Source of the DNA: Alphaproteobacteria bacterium
Lineage (GTDB): Bacteria > Pseudomonadota > Alphaproteobacteria > Rhodospirillales > 2-02-FULL-58-16
Direction of reading: 5' to 3'
Length of the DNA: 45,421 nt
Assembly: GCA_024278615.1 (NCBI GenBank)
Contig: JAJRSS010000254.1
Location: 1-45,421 of the forward strand
Shown here piece after piece: positions 26,036-36,422 of this stretch (within the stretch, counting starts at the first letter, position 1; each line of letters starts with the position of its first letter). The translations under genes were made by a program, and so were the position numbers. Below the pieces are notes generated by a model. It searched no databases and was not told where the DNA came from. It saw nothing but the letters and a program-made list of their open reading frames with translations.

Positions 26036-26689
26036 CTATCCACCGGTCGGGTTGAGCAGCACGCCCGCCGGCGCCTGGTGGCCGTCAATGGTTACCCGTT
26101 CGTTTTCGACGCGCACCCGTCCTTCGGCGATCAGGCGCACGGCCAGGGGAAAGGCTATGTGTTCTTGCTCCAACACCCGGACGGCCAGGCTATCGGCGTC
26201 GTCGCCGGCAAGCACGGGCACCGCTGCCTGAACGATGACCGGCCCGGCGTCCATGTCGGGGCGAACAAAATGCACTGTACAGCCGGAAAACCGCACCCCC
26301 GCCTTGATGATGCGTTCGTGCACGTGCAGTCCCTTGAAGGCGGGCAACAGTGACGGGTGGATATTGATTAACCGGTCATGCCAGCGGTGAACGAAACCGG
26401 CGCTCACCAGACGCATGAAGCCGGCCAGGCACACCAGTTCGGCGCCGGCGGAAAGCAGCACGTCATTGATGGCGTCTTCGAAGGTTTCCCTATCGGGAAA
26501 GTCCCCATGATCGACAACATTGGTGGGGATATCCGCCTTCTTCGCCCGATCCAGGCCCAGCACCCCATGAACGTTGGAAATGACGGCAACGATTTCAGCC
26601 GGATACTGGCTTTCCGCCGTGGCGTCGATGAGGCATTGCAGGTTGCTGCCCCGGCCGGAAATCAGGACGGCAATTTTCAGTCCATCCAT
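26036..26689 (-). CDS. purN: Phosphoribosylglycinamide formyltransferase
   Basis: Track ORF 26036..27103 was trimmed to [17 protein letters not shown] (ATG at 26689). Contains the [12 protein letters not shown] motif. 217 aa. It overlaps the purM stop by 13 nt. Confidence 0.93.
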   Translation of the reverse strand: MDGLKIAVLISGRGSNLQCLIDATAESQYPAEIVAVISNVHGVLGLDRAKKADIPTNVVDHGDFPDRETFEDAINDVLLSAGAELVCLAGFMRLVSAGFVHRWHDRLINIHPSLLPAFKGLHVHERIIKAGVRFSGCTVHFVRPDMDAGPVIVQAAVPVLAGDDADSLAVRVLEQEHIAFPLAVRLIAEGRVRVENERVTIDGHQAPAGVLLNPTGG

Positions 26690-27759
26690 TGTTCTTCCAT
26701 TCCGTCGACGATTACCCCGGGCGCTCCGGGCACGGTTTTTTCGACCCGGCCGATGGGATAGACGGCTTCGCCTTCCGATTTCAGCAAGGCTTCCGCCTCC
26801 CCTGCCCGTTCTTCGCCGGTGATCACCACCATGCCGATGCCGCAATTGAAAGTGCGGGCCATTTCGCCAACCGTGATGCCGCCGGTTTTGGCCAGCCACG
26901 GGAAAACGCCGGGCAACGGCCAAGTGGAGGCGTCCAGGCGAGCCGACAGCCCCGGCGGCAGTACGCGGGGAATATTTTCCGAAAGGCCGCCGCCAGTGAT
27001 ATGAGCCATTCCTTTTACCCCATCGGCCCGCAAAGCGGCCAGACAGCTTTTCACGTAGATTCGCGTCGGCACCAACAGGGCCTCGCCGAGGGTGCGGTCC
27101 CATTCGAAGGGTGCGATGGCGGCATAATCGGAACCGGTAATCCCGACCACCCGGCGGACCAGGGAAAAGCCGTTCGAATGCAGCCCGTCCGAGGCCAGGC
27201 CCAGGATCACGTCGCCTTCGACGATGCTTTCGCCGGTCAGAACGGCGTCCCGCTCCACGGCGCCGACGGCAAAGCCGGCTAAATCATAGTCACCGGCGCC
27301 GTACATGCCGGGCATTTCCGCCGTCTCGCCGCCGATCAGGGCGGCGCCGGCCCGGCGGCAGCCCTCGGCGATACCGGCGATAACCCCTTCCGCCATTTCC
27401 GTGTCCAGCTTGCCGGTCGCCAAATAGTCCAGGAAAAACAGGGGTTCCGCCCCCTGGACCACCAAATCGTTGACGCACATGGCGACAAGATCGATGCCCA
27501 CGGTATCGTGCTTTCCGGCGGCAATGGCGACATTGAGCTTGGTCCCCACCCCATCGGTGGCGGCGACCAGCACCGGATCCCGGTACCCCGCCGCCTTGAG
27601 GTCGAAAAGACCGCCGAAGCCGCCGATGGAAGACATGACGCCAGCCCGGTGGGTTGAGTTGGCCATGGGTTTTATGGCCTCGACCAGGGCCGCTCCGGCG
27701 TCTATATCTACGCCTGCGTCCCGGTAGCTGAGGCTGTTTATTTCCTTGTACTCTGCCAT
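26677..27759 (-). CDS. purM: Phosphoribosylformylglycinamidine cyclo-ligase (AIR synthetase)
   Basis: 360 aa: [44 protein letters not shown]. Confidence 0.96.
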   Translation of the reverse strand: MAEYKEINSLSYRDAGVDIDAGAALVEAIKPMANSTHRAGVMSSIGGFGGLFDLKAAGYRDPVLVAATDGVGTKLNVAIAAGKHDTVGIDLVAMCVNDLVVQGAEPLFFLDYLATGKLDTEMAEGVIAGIAEGCRRAGAALIGGETAEMPGMYGAGDYDLAGFAVGAVERDAVLTGESIVEGDVILGLASDGLHSNGFSLVRRVVGITGSDYAAIAPFEWDRTLGEALLVPTRIYVKSCLAALRADGVKGMAHITGGGLSENIPRVLPPGLSARLDASTWPLPGVFPWLAKTGGITVGEMARTFNCGIGMVVITGEERAGEAEALLKSEGEAVYPIGRVEKTVPGAPGVIVDGMEEQWMD

Positions 27760-27867
27760 GTGGGGCGCCGGGTTAAACTAGGTTGAAACAAGTTGAAACT
27801 GAGTCTGAAATCAAGCGGGTTTCAGAACGGAATGGGGCTGAAGATACTGTATCCGGATAGGTTTGCA

Positions 27868-29022
27868 ATGATCGATCCCCGTTGGTCTTATGGCTTTTTC
27901 AGCCGCCGCCCGGCTGTCATGGCGGCGGCGTTGGTTGCCGCATGCTTCGTCCTGGGCCTGGTCCTGAATAGCCGGCCGGCCGCGGCCCAGGCGCCGGACA
28001 TATTCGAGATCCGCCAGGTGGCCGTGGATGTTACCGCCGAAACCGCCGCCAAGGCCCGCAAGCTGGCGCTGGAAGAGGGAAGGCGGAAGGCTTTCCGCCG
28101 GCTGTTGGAGCGCATGACCCTGCTGGTCCACCGGGAACGCCTGCCCAGCCCGACGCCGGAGGAGATCGATGCCTTCGTCAAGGACTTTTCGGTCGATGAG
28201 GAAAAGACCTCGGCCGTGCGGTACCTGGCCAACCTGACCTTCCGCTTCAACGCGCCACCCATTCGCCAGTACCTGATCGATTACGGCCTGCCCTTCGCCG
28301 AAACCTTTTCCAAGCCGGTGCTTATCCTGCCGGTTCTCGAATCCGCCGGAGCATTGTTGTTGTGGGATGACCCCAACCCCTGGCGGACGGCGTGGAGCCG
28401 TCGGCCCGTCATCAATGGGCTGGTGCCCCTGGTTCTGCCCCTGGGCGATTTGCCGGATATCGCGACCATCGGCGTCGAGCAGGCCCTGGAAGGCGATACT
28501 CAGCGCCTTACCGCCATCGCCGAGCGGTATAACGCCGGCGATAGCCTTGTCGTCCACGGTATCCTGCGCCGGGATGCCCGTGGATTGCTGCCCGAGCTGG
28601 AGGTTTACCTGACCCGCTATGGCACGGTACTGCAGGAACAAACCCTGGTGAGGAATTATCAGGCAACGGAAGGCGAAACCCAGGCTGCGTTGCTGCTGCG
28701 CGCCGCGGTGGACCTGGCCCAGGTGGTGGAGGACAATTGGAAGCAGGACAACCTGCTTCGCATCGGCAACCGGGCGGTGGCGGCGGTGACCATTCCCATC
28801 GCCAGCCTGGGCGACTGGCTGGAAGTGCGGAAGCGGCTGACCGGCGTGGCGGTCATCCGCCGCAGCGACCTGGTGCTTCTTTCCACCGACGAGGCGCGGG
28901 TCAACATTCACTACATCGGTGATCCCGACCAGCTTTCCCTGGCCCTGCAACAAGCGGACTTGATCCTTTCCCGGCGCAATGGTGACTGGATCCTTTCGCC
29001 GCGACGACCTAAGTCACCATGA
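27868..29022 (+). CDS. DUF2066-like periplasmic protein (start uncertain)
   Basis: Track ORF 27793..29022. I prefer the ATG at 27868 (MIDPRWSYGFFSRRPAVMAAALVAACFVLGLVLNSRPAAAQA, signal-like). It is divergent from purM and heads the cluster with the CDP-alcohol phosphatidyltransferase, AI-2E and hdaA genes. Family name is from memory. Confidence 0.6.
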   Translation: MIDPRWSYGFFSRRPAVMAAALVAACFVLGLVLNSRPAAAQAPDIFEIRQVAVDVTAETAAKARKLALEEGRRKAFRRLLERMTLLVHRERLPSPTPEEIDAFVKDFSVDEEKTSAVRYLANLTFRFNAPPIRQYLIDYGLPFAETFSKPVLILPVLESAGALLLWDDPNPWRTAWSRRPVINGLVPLVLPLGDLPDIATIGVEQALEGDTQRLTAIAERYNAGDSLVVHGILRRDARGLLPELEVYLTRYGTVLQEQTLVRNYQATEGETQAALLLRAAVDLAQVVEDNWKQDNLLRIGNRAVAAVTIPIASLGDWLEVRKRLTGVAVIRRSDLVLLSTDEARVNIHYIGDPDQLSLALQQADLILSRRNGDWILSPRRPKSP

Positions 29023-29048
29023 CCCTGGCGGCGTGAAGAAACCGTGAA

Positions 29049-29594
29049 GTGAATATTCCAAACATCATATCCCTGGGCCGGCTGCTGGCCGTGCCGGTTA
29101 CGGTATGGCTGATCCTTGACGAGCAGATTTTGACCGCCTTCTGGTTATTCATTGCCGCCGGGATCAGCGACGCCGTGGACGGGTTTATCGCCAAACGCTT
29201 CGCCCAGGAAACCGTACTCGGCGCTTTTCTCGACCCCCTGGCCGACAAGACCCTGCTGGTCTGCACCTACATTTCCCTGGGCTACGTCGGGCTCTTGGAC
29301 CTATGGCTGGTAATCCTGGTGGTTTTCCGGGACGGGATGATCTTGGCTGGCGCTTTCCTGTATCAGGCGCTGACCCAATCCCTAACCATGGAGCCGCTGA
29401 AAATCAGCAAGGTGAATACCGCTTTTCAGATCATTTTGGCTTCCGTGGTTCTGGGCACGACCGGCATGAATATCGAAATCGACGCGGTAAAATTGGGACT
29501 GGTGATTTGCGTCACCGGGACCACTTTTTTGTCGGGCGCCACATACGTGATAACGTGGGGACGCCGGGCCAGTCTTTTGGAGACCAGGAAGTGA
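29049..29594 (+). CDS. CDP-alcohol phosphatidyltransferase family protein (PgsA-like)
   Basis: 181 aa, GTG start. Signature D-x2-DG-x2-A-(K/R)...G-x3-D-x3-D is seen as DAVDGFIAKRFAQETVLGAFLDPLADK. Multiple transmembrane helices. Confidence 0.85.
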   Translation: MNIPNIISLGRLLAVPVTVWLILDEQILTAFWLFIAAGISDAVDGFIAKRFAQETVLGAFLDPLADKTLLVCTYISLGYVGLLDLWLVILVVFRDGMILAGAFLYQALTQSLTMEPLKISKVNTAFQIILASVVLGTTGMNIEIDAVKLGLVICVTGTTFLSGATYVITWGRRASLLETRK

Positions 29595-30730
29595 GCAAGG
29601 TAAATCAGATCAGGTTCTGGCTGGCGGGACTGGCGGTATTCGCCCTGCTGCTTTATCTGCTGAGCAGCGTGCTCATGCCTTTCGTTGCCGGCATGGCGGT
29701 GGCCTATTTTCTCGACCCGGTGGCCGACCGGCTGGAAAAAGCGGGCGCTTCCCGGCTGGTGGCGGCCAGCCTCATCGTCGCCGCCTTTTTTGTCACCGTT
29801 GTGTTGCTGTTGGTGTTGCTGTTTCCCTTGTTGCAGGCCCAGATCCTGGGGCTGATCCAAAGAATTCCCGATGCGGTACAGTTCTTCCGTGATCAGGCCG
29901 CCGTGCTGGTGGAAGGATTGCGCGACCGCCTGTCGCCGGAGGACATGGCCCGGTTACGCGATGCCGCCGGCGGCTACGTGGGCAATGCCATCCAGTGGCT
30001 GGGTGGCATTATCAAGGGCCTGCTGAGCGGTGGACTGGTGGTATTTGAACTGGTTTCCCTAGCGATAATCACGCCTTTGGTTTCTTTTTACCTCCTGCGC
30101 GACTGGGATCATATCGTTGAGAAAGTGGATAGCTACCTGCCCCGCCGCCCGGCGCCAGTGATCCGCGCCCAGGTCAAGGCCATAGACGCCACCATCGCCG
30201 GTTTCGTTCGCGGTCAGGCCTCCGTGTGCCTGATCCTGGCCGCCTTTTACGGCATCGCCCTGACCCTGGCCGGGTTGGAATTCGGCCTGCTGGTAGGCCT
30301 GAGCGCCGGATTGATTTCGTTCATCCCCTATTTCGGTGCCCTGTTCGGCGGCGCCATGGCCCTGGGCATCGCCATCGCCCAATTCCCCGATTGGGGGCCG
30401 ATTGCCGTGGTCGCCGCCATCTTTGCCGCCGGCCAAGTGGCCGAGGGCAATTTCCTGACCCCCAAACTGGTCGGCGGCCGGGTCGGGTTGCATCCCGTTT
30501 GGGTGATCTTCGCCCTGCTGGCCGGGGGCGCCTTGTTCGGCTTTACCGGATTGCTGTTGGCGGTGCCGGTAGCGGCGGTGGTCGGCGTGCTGGTCCGCTT
30601 CAGTCTGGAACAATACAAGAACAGCGCTCTTTATCATGGAACCGGCGCGGCGGCGAAAGCGGCCGCGCTGTCCAGCGCCGCCCTGATCAGCGAGAGGGAA
30701 ACCGGTGACGGCGGGGATCAAACCCCTTGA
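29591..30730 (+). CDS. AI-2E family transporter (PerM/UPF0118)
   Basis: Track ORF 29303..30730 was trimmed to the GTG at 29591, which overlaps the upstream stop (GTGA). About 379 aa, polytopic, with the characteristic segment GLISFIPYFGALFGG and EGNFLTPKLVG. Confidence 0.85.
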   Translation: MSKVNQIRFWLAGLAVFALLLYLLSSVLMPFVAGMAVAYFLDPVADRLEKAGASRLVAASLIVAAFFVTVVLLLVLLFPLLQAQILGLIQRIPDAVQFFRDQAAVLVEGLRDRLSPEDMARLRDAAGGYVGNAIQWLGGIIKGLLSGGLVVFELVSLAIITPLVSFYLLRDWDHIVEKVDSYLPRRPAPVIRAQVKAIDATIAGFVRGQASVCLILAAFYGIALTLAGLEFGLLVGLSAGLISFIPYFGALFGGAMALGIAIAQFPDWGPIAVVAAIFAAGQVAEGNFLTPKLVGGRVGLHPVWVIFALLAGGALFGFTGLLLAVPVAAVVGVLVRFSLEQYKNSALYHGTGAAAKAAALSSAALISERETGDGGDQTP

Positions 30731-31425
30731 GCACCGACGCTCAACTGCCCCTGGAATTTAATCACCGGCCGGCCCTATCCGGAGATGATTTCCTGGTCGC
30801 GCCGGGCAATCGCGATGCGGTGAACTGGCTGGACCGGTGGCCCGGATGGCCGGCCCCGGGACTGGCCATATACGGGCCCGCCGGATGCGGCAAGACTCAT
30901 TTGGCGCAGGTATTCATGGCGGCTTCGGGATCCTTGGCCCTGGCCCGCGAAGACCTGGCCAGCAAAGACCCGGCGGGTAGCGGCCTTCCCTACATTCCGG
31001 CGGAAATCGACGCTTTCGTCATCGAAGATACTGAAGACCTGATCGCCGGCGGTTTGGAAGAAGCGCTTTTGCATCTTTACAACCATATCGCCGAAACCGG
31101 CCGCCATTTGCTGCTTTCCGCCAGGCAGCCGCCGTCCCGTTGGGCAGTCACCCTGCCCGACCTGCGCTCTCGGCTGAACGCCGTGCCAACGGTGGAGATA
31201 CGTCCACCCGACGATACGTTGATGTCGGCGGTGCTGGTCAAGCTGTTCGCCGACCGCCAGTTACGGGTGGACGCGGACGTAGTACCGTTTATGAGCGTCC
31301 GCATGGAACGGTCCTTCGCCGCGGCACGCGATCTGGTTTCCATCATAGACCGGGCGGCCCTGGAAAAGCACCGCAATATCACCGTTCCCCTGGTTCGCCA
31401 GGTGCTCAACGAAACGCAATCCTGA
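30727..31425 (+). CDS. hdaA: DnaA regulatory inactivator HdaA
   Basis: 232 aa: QLPLEF, short N-terminus, Walker A-like GPAGCGKTHL. DnaA domain III-like but lacking a DNA-binding domain. The TTG start overlaps the upstream stop (TTGA). Confidence 0.85.
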   Translation: MSTDAQLPLEFNHRPALSGDDFLVAPGNRDAVNWLDRWPGWPAPGLAIYGPAGCGKTHLAQVFMAASGSLALAREDLASKDPAGSGLPYIPAEIDAFVIEDTEDLIAGGLEEALLHLYNHIAETGRHLLLSARQPPSRWAVTLPDLRSRLNAVPTVEIRPPDDTLMSAVLVKLFADRQLRVDADVVPFMSVRMERSFAAARDLVSIIDRAALEKHRNITVPLVRQVLNETQS

Positions 31426-31443
31426 ACCCCAAGGAGGATAAAT

Positions 31444-32223
31444 ATGGATTTAGGCATCAATGGAAAAAAAGCATTGGTCTGCGCCGCCAGCAAGGGCCTG
31501 GGACGAGCCTGCGCTACGTCCCTGGCCCGGGAGGGAGCAGCGGTCACTATCGTCGCCCGAAACCCGGAACCCCTTAAGGCCGCCGCCGCCGATATCCGCG
31601 CCGCCACCGGTTCTGAGGTCGCCACCGTGGCCGCCGACATCGCCACCGAAGAGGGCCGGGTCAAGGCGTTGGCCGCCTGCCCCGAACCGGACATCCTGAT
31701 CAACAACGCCGGCGGCCCCCCGCCGGGGGATTTCCGCGACTGGGACCGGGACGACTGGATCGCCGCCCTGGACGCCAACATGCTGACCGCCATCTTCCTG
31801 GTCAAGGCGACCGTGGACGGCATGATCGGACGCAAATTCGGCCGCATTGTGAATATCACTTCGGGCGCGGTGAAGGCGCCGATTGAAATCCTCGGGCTTT
31901 CCAACGGCGCACGGTGCGGGTTGACCGGTTTCATGGCCGGCCTCGCCCGCAAGACCGTGCGTCATAACGTAACCATCAACAACCTGCTGCCCGGCCCCTT
32001 CGATACCGACCGGCTTAAAGTCACCATGCAGGCGGCGGCGACAAAGTCCGGGCGGGACCTTGCGGATATCGCCGCCGAACGGGCGGCGGCCAATCCGGCC
32101 GGGCGGTTCGGCGACCCGGCGGAATTCGGCGACGCCTGCGCCTACCTGTGCAGCGCCCAGGCGGGATACGTGACAGGACAGAATTTCCTCCTGGACGGCG
32201 GTTCATACCCAGGAACATTTTGA
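31444..32223 (+). CDS. SDR-family oxidoreductase
   Basis: 259 aa. Rossmann motif ALVCAASKGLGRA, NNAG, and LSNGARCGLTGFMAGLARK in place of the classical YxxxK segment. Confidence 0.88.
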   Translation: MDLGINGKKALVCAASKGLGRACATSLAREGAAVTIVARNPEPLKAAAADIRAATGSEVATVAADIATEEGRVKALAACPEPDILINNAGGPPPGDFRDWDRDDWIAALDANMLTAIFLVKATVDGMIGRKFGRIVNITSGAVKAPIEILGLSNGARCGLTGFMAGLARKTVRHNVTINNLLPGPFDTDRLKVTMQAAATKSGRDLADIAAERAAANPAGRFGDPAEFGDACAYLCSAQAGYVTGQNFLLDGGSYPGTF

Positions 32224-32253
32224 CCGCCTGAATTAGGCAGCCAAGGATCAGTC

Positions 32254-32601
32254 ATGCGAAAGGTCACCTATTTTCTGGCCGGCACTGTCGCTGATTTCTC
32301 TATCCCCGACGACCGGTTCGACGCCTTTTGCCGAGACATGAACTTGGGGACCTTTCATTCGGAAGAAGGCCTGGGCAAGGCCCGGTCCGGGCTTGAAGCT
32401 TTTATGCTGCGCGGGGAAAAGGGTATCCAAGCCGGTCCGGAAGAAGTGCTGGCCGCCTGTTTTGTCTGGAATTTCTTCAATACCCATCCAGATAACGCCA
32501 TGCACATCGAAGGCGACGTGGTTATCATCGACCTCAACGGCGACGGCGGAACCATCGACTATGCTTCGGCCAGGGACATACAACTGGCACAGAAAAACTG
32601 A
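32254..32601 (+). CDS. Hypothetical protein, 115 aa
   Basis: ORF with balanced composition and no recognisable motif. It ends 31 nt before the ferredoxin reductase gene on the same strand. Confidence 0.45.
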   Translation: MRKVTYFLAGTVADFSIPDDRFDAFCRDMNLGTFHSEEGLGKARSGLEAFMLRGEKGIQAGPEEVLAACFVWNFFNTHPDNAMHIEGDVVIIDLNGDGGTIDYASARDIQLAQKN

Positions 32602-32632
32602 TGCGGACCGCTTTTGACCGGAACACGAGATA

Positions 32633-33670
32633 TTGACCCACCGGGTACGGCTTCTTCCCAGTGGCCACGAATTCGATGTGGAAGCGGAGGAATCCGTTTT
32701 GCAGGCCGGGCTGAGGGCGGGCCTCGCCCTGGCCTATGGGTGCAGCAACGGCAACTGCGGCCTGTGCCAGGGCAGATTGATTTCCGGCGAGGTCAAAACC
32801 GTCCGTCACACCGACTATGTCCTTACCACGGCGGAACGGGCGCGGGGCAACATCGTCATGTGCGGCACCGGGTTGGTTACCGACGCGGCGATCGAAGCCC
32901 CGGAGGCGGGCGGCGGCGATGTTCCGTGGCAGGAAATCCGGGCCAGGGTGACCCGTGTTGACCCCCTATCGGACCAGGTCTCGGTATTGCACTTGAAAAC
33001 GCCCCGCACCCAAAGGCTTCGTTTCCTGGCGGGTCAGTACGTCACCCTTTCATTGAACGGCGGCGAATTCAACAGCGACTATTCGGTCGCCAGTTGCCCG
33101 TGTGACGACATGCGCCTTCAATTCCATATTCCACGAAACGATGACGATGCGTTCAGTTGCTATGTTCACGGCAACCTGGGAAAGTCCGACGTGGTCGGCA
33201 TCAAGGGACCGGCGGGAGATTTCTATTTTCGCGAACAATCGGAACGGCCTATCGTTTTCGTCGCCATGGACACCGGATTCGCCCCCATCCGCAGCCTTGT
33301 GGAACAGGCCATGGCCCTGGAAGTCCACCAGGACATGTCCCTTTACTGGATGGCCCAAGGGGAAAATGGAGCAAACGGTCACTACCTGGACAATCTCTGC
33401 CGGTCCTGGTCCGCCGCTTTCGACAACCTGCGTTACCGGCCCATGGTCGTCGGACCGGGCTGTAAGGAAATGGCTGACGCTATCCTGGATAGGTTGAAAT
33501 CGGACCTGACGGGAACAGGTGATATCGATACCTACCTTTCGGGACCGGCCGAAATCCTCCCAGCCTTGAAGAGCGGGCTGGAAAACCTGGGATGGGCGCC
33601 AGAACGGGTATTTACCGAACCCCTGCGCCACAACCTATCATTGCATCGGCAATTCGCAAGAGATTGTTAA
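32633..33670 (+). CDS. 2Fe-2S ferredoxin / FNR-type flavin reductase fusion (AscD/BenC-like electron-transfer component)
   Basis: 345 aa, TTG start. Plant-type cluster ligands C-x4-C-x2-C...C (YGCSNGNCGLCQG ... IVMCGT), then an FNR-like FAD/NAD module (FLAGQYVTLSL, DYSVAS, FVAMDTGFAPIRSL). Confidence 0.85.
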   Translation: MTHRVRLLPSGHEFDVEAEESVLQAGLRAGLALAYGCSNGNCGLCQGRLISGEVKTVRHTDYVLTTAERARGNIVMCGTGLVTDAAIEAPEAGGGDVPWQEIRARVTRVDPLSDQVSVLHLKTPRTQRLRFLAGQYVTLSLNGGEFNSDYSVASCPCDDMRLQFHIPRNDDDAFSCYVHGNLGKSDVVGIKGPAGDFYFREQSERPIVFVAMDTGFAPIRSLVEQAMALEVHQDMSLYWMAQGENGANGHYLDNLCRSWSAAFDNLRYRPMVVGPGCKEMADAILDRLKSDLTGTGDIDTYLSGPAEILPALKSGLENLGWAPERVFTEPLRHNLSLHRQFARDC

Positions 33671-33779
33671 CCCTACACCCTTCATAAATAGCCTTATGCC
33701 TCAATTTCCTGAACATTTGGGACGAGGCAAGGCGTGCCGTTTAAGGGTTACGTGAGGTTGAGCGTGAGGTGTAGCAAAC

Positions 33780-34253
33780 GTGTTGAATCAAGTTCTGCTC
33801 CTGTTCGGGTTTACCGAACTGACCTACATGATTGGTGTCGTTTGCATGTTGACCCTGCTGGGAAATTTTCTCGGTGGCTTGCTTCACGGTATCCTGCTTG
33901 CCTACGGGGGGCCCATCAAACCGCGCAAGTTGTTCGACCGCATGTCCGTTCGCATGAGCATAGCATCGGAATTGTTCATCTTATCTTTTGCCCTTTACTA
34001 CCACATCATGCTGATCGAAGACTTGGTAATCGCTCATTTAGTGTATTGGGCCTTCGCCCTGCTGGCGGGGCCCATACTGGCTTTCATCGGCTCACAGATC
34101 ACCCACCTGATATTCGCTAAAAAAATTGAAGCCAACGAAAAAGCATATAAGGATTGGGTCAAGTTTAAGCGCGGCCAAAAAGCGGAGAAACATTTAAGAA
34201 AGAAAGCCTCGCCGGCGTTGCGGAGCACCCGTTCTTTCGACCCTTCCACCTGA
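33780..34253 (+). CDS. Hypothetical membrane protein with basic C-terminal tail
   Basis: 157 aa with about four hydrophobic helices (LLLFGFTELTYMIGVVCMLTLLGNFLGGLL; LVYWAFALLAGPILAFIG) and a Lys-rich tail. Visibly AT-richer than neighbouring genes. Start codon uncertain (GTG/TTG). Confidence 0.5.
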   Translation: MLNQVLLLFGFTELTYMIGVVCMLTLLGNFLGGLLHGILLAYGGPIKPRKLFDRMSVRMSIASELFILSFALYYHIMLIEDLVIAHLVYWAFALLAGPILAFIGSQITHLIFAKKIEANEKAYKDWVKFKRGQKAEKHLRKKASPALRSTRSFDPST

Positions 34254-34264
34254 TCTCTGCGGCA

Positions 34265-34726
34265 CTAGCCTGCTTCTTCCCACCCGCCGCTTTCGGATTG
34301 ACGCCAGTAGGTCACGTTGTGGCCGGCTTCCTTGTAGGCTTTCCAGCGGCTGCGCGCGTCGCTAACCGCTTGCGGAAGGTTTCCGTCGAATAACTCGAAA
34401 CAGCGTTCGAAATCATCCATATGATCGGAAACGGCGCCATCGGTAAGGAATAAAAAATCCGCCTGGTTGGGGTTTTCATCCTCCAGGGTCAACCAGACGG
34501 GTTGCAAAGCAGGGTTGCCGGCCCCATCACCGGCCTGGGCGCTGCCATGAGGCAGCCAGGAATCGGGTCTATAGGTCCACAGGAACGCGTTCATGGTCTC
34601 CACCCGGCCCGGCGACGTGGCCATGACCACTGCCCGCTTGCCGGTTTCCAGGGTTTTTTCCAACAACCTGGGCAGGGCTTTTTCCAGCGGCGACCGGGCC
34701 AGGTGATAGAACGCGATATCGGTCAC
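34265..34726 (-). CDS. holC: DNA polymerase III subunit chi
   Basis: 153 aa: MTDIAFYHL...RLLEK...FLWTY...WLPHG. It sits immediately downstream of pepA, the classical pepA-holC arrangement. Confidence 0.9.
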   Translation of the reverse strand: MTDIAFYHLARSPLEKALPRLLEKTLETGKRAVVMATSPGRVETMNAFLWTYRPDSWLPHGSAQAGDGAGNPALQPVWLTLEDENPNQADFLFLTDGAVSDHMDDFERCFELFDGNLPQAVSDARSRWKAYKEAGHNVTYWRQSESGGWEEAG

Positions 34727-34760
34727 GAGAAACCCTCAGGCAATCCCCCGGCGCCCCGGG

Positions 34761-36305
34761 CTATTCACCCTCATAGTGATTGGCGACCAGCCGGTCCAAC
34801 AGCCGGACTCCGAACCCGGTGCCGCCCTTGGGCGCCACATTGGAGTCCTGTTTGCCCCAGGCGACGCCGGCGATATCGATGTGGGCCCAGGGAGAATCAT
34901 CGACAAACCGTTTCAGGAACTGTGCGGCGGTGATACTGCCGGCGCCGCGGCCGCCGCTGCTGATATTTTGCACGTCCGCCGCCTGGGATTGAATCATCTT
35001 GTCGTAGGCCTTTCCCATCGGCAGACGCCAGACCTTTTCGCCGATCTGTTTGCCCGCTTCGGTGATGCGGCCGGAAAGTTCATCGTCGTTGGAAAAAAGG
35101 CCGGCGTGTTCCGATCCCAGCGCGATGACGATGGCGCCGGTCAGGGTAGCCAGATCAATCATAAAGCGGGGCTTGAACCGTTCCTTGGTGTACCACAGGG
35201 CATCGGCCAGCACCAAGCGGCCCTCGGCGTCGGTGTTGAGCACCTCGATGGTCTGCCCGGACATGGAGGTGACGATGTCGCTGGGCCGCTGCGCCTTGCC
35301 CGACGGCATGTTTTCCACCAGCCCGACGACGCCAACCGCGTTCACTTTGGCCTTGCGGCCGGCCAGCGCCTTCATCAGGCCGATGACCACGGCGGAACCG
35401 CCCATGTCATATTTCATTTCTTCCATGCCGTTCGACGGCTTCAGGGAAATGCCGCCGGTATCAAAGGTGACGCCCTTGCCGATAAAGGCAATGGGGCTGG
35501 CGCTTTTCCGTTTCCCGGCCGGTTTCCCAGGCCCTGATTTAGGCGCGGGTTTGGATGCCCCGTTCCACTGCATGACCACCAGCTTGGGTTCCCGTTCGCT
35601 GCCCTGGGCGACGCCCAAAAGAGCCCCCATGCCCAGCCGGCGCATCTGGGAAACGCCAAGCACTTCCACCTTGATCCCCAGCTTGGCCAGGATTTTGGCC
35701 TGTTGGGCCAGGGTTTCCGGATAAAGGATGTTGGGCGGCTCGGTCACCAGATCGCGGGTAAGGAATACGCCGTCGGCCACCTTGTCGCTGACGTTGAAAG
35801 CCTCCCGCGCCTGGTTGAATCCGGAGCACATGACCTTCAGGGTTTTCAGGCTGGGCTTGCTGGCGGCTTTTAGCTTGGTTTTGTATTTATCGAACCGGTA
35901 GGACCGCAAACGCGCCCCCAGGGCCAGGGCCGCCGCCATTTCCGCCGCCTCCACGGGGCACCCTTTGATCTCGTCGGTCATGACCGCCGCCGTGCCCGAA
36001 CCGGTCATCGCAAGATTGGCGTAAATCACCCCGCCCAGTTCCACCAGGTTCTTTTCAGTCAGGGACTCCGCCTTTCCCAAACCGACGGCCACCACCCGGT
36101 CCAGCCGACTGCCCGCCGGGGCGACCAGGGCAAGCACCTGGTCCTTGTTGCCCTTGAAGCGGCTCGACTTCATCGCCCGGATGAGGGCGCCGCGCGTGCG
36201 GTGGTCGATCTGCTTGGCGCTGGGGGTCAGTCGGCGGTTGGCCAATACGCCGACAACCAGGGCGCCAGAAGTGGGAATGGAGGGTTTGGAAAAGACGATT
36301 TTCAT
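34761..36305 (-). CDS. pepA: Leucyl aminopeptidase
   Basis: 514 aa: GKGVTFDTGGISLKP, NTDAEGRLVLADAL, DIAGVAW. Confidence 0.96.
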   Translation of the reverse strand: MKIVFSKPSIPTSGALVVGVLANRRLTPSAKQIDHRTRGALIRAMKSSRFKGNKDQVLALVAPAGSRLDRVVAVGLGKAESLTEKNLVELGGVIYANLAMTGSGTAAVMTDEIKGCPVEAAEMAAALALGARLRSYRFDKYKTKLKAASKPSLKTLKVMCSGFNQAREAFNVSDKVADGVFLTRDLVTEPPNILYPETLAQQAKILAKLGIKVEVLGVSQMRRLGMGALLGVAQGSEREPKLVVMQWNGASKPAPKSGPGKPAGKRKSASPIAFIGKGVTFDTGGISLKPSNGMEEMKYDMGGSAVVIGLMKALAGRKAKVNAVGVVGLVENMPSGKAQRPSDIVTSMSGQTIEVLNTDAEGRLVLADALWYTKERFKPRFMIDLATLTGAIVIALGSEHAGLFSNDDELSGRITEAGKQIGEKVWRLPMGKAYDKMIQSQAADVQNISSGGRGAGSITAAQFLKRFVDDSPWAHIDIAGVAWGKQDSNVAPKGGTGFGVRLLDRLVANHYEGE

Positions 36306-36422
36306 GGAAGTACCTTTCTCGGTGTTCCTGGGGGTTCCTGAGGAGGCGGACCACGGCCTGCCCAGCGGTTATAACCGGATCAGACGGGGATTGTCATGGG
36401 CTAGTCATCGGGATGGAAGCGG

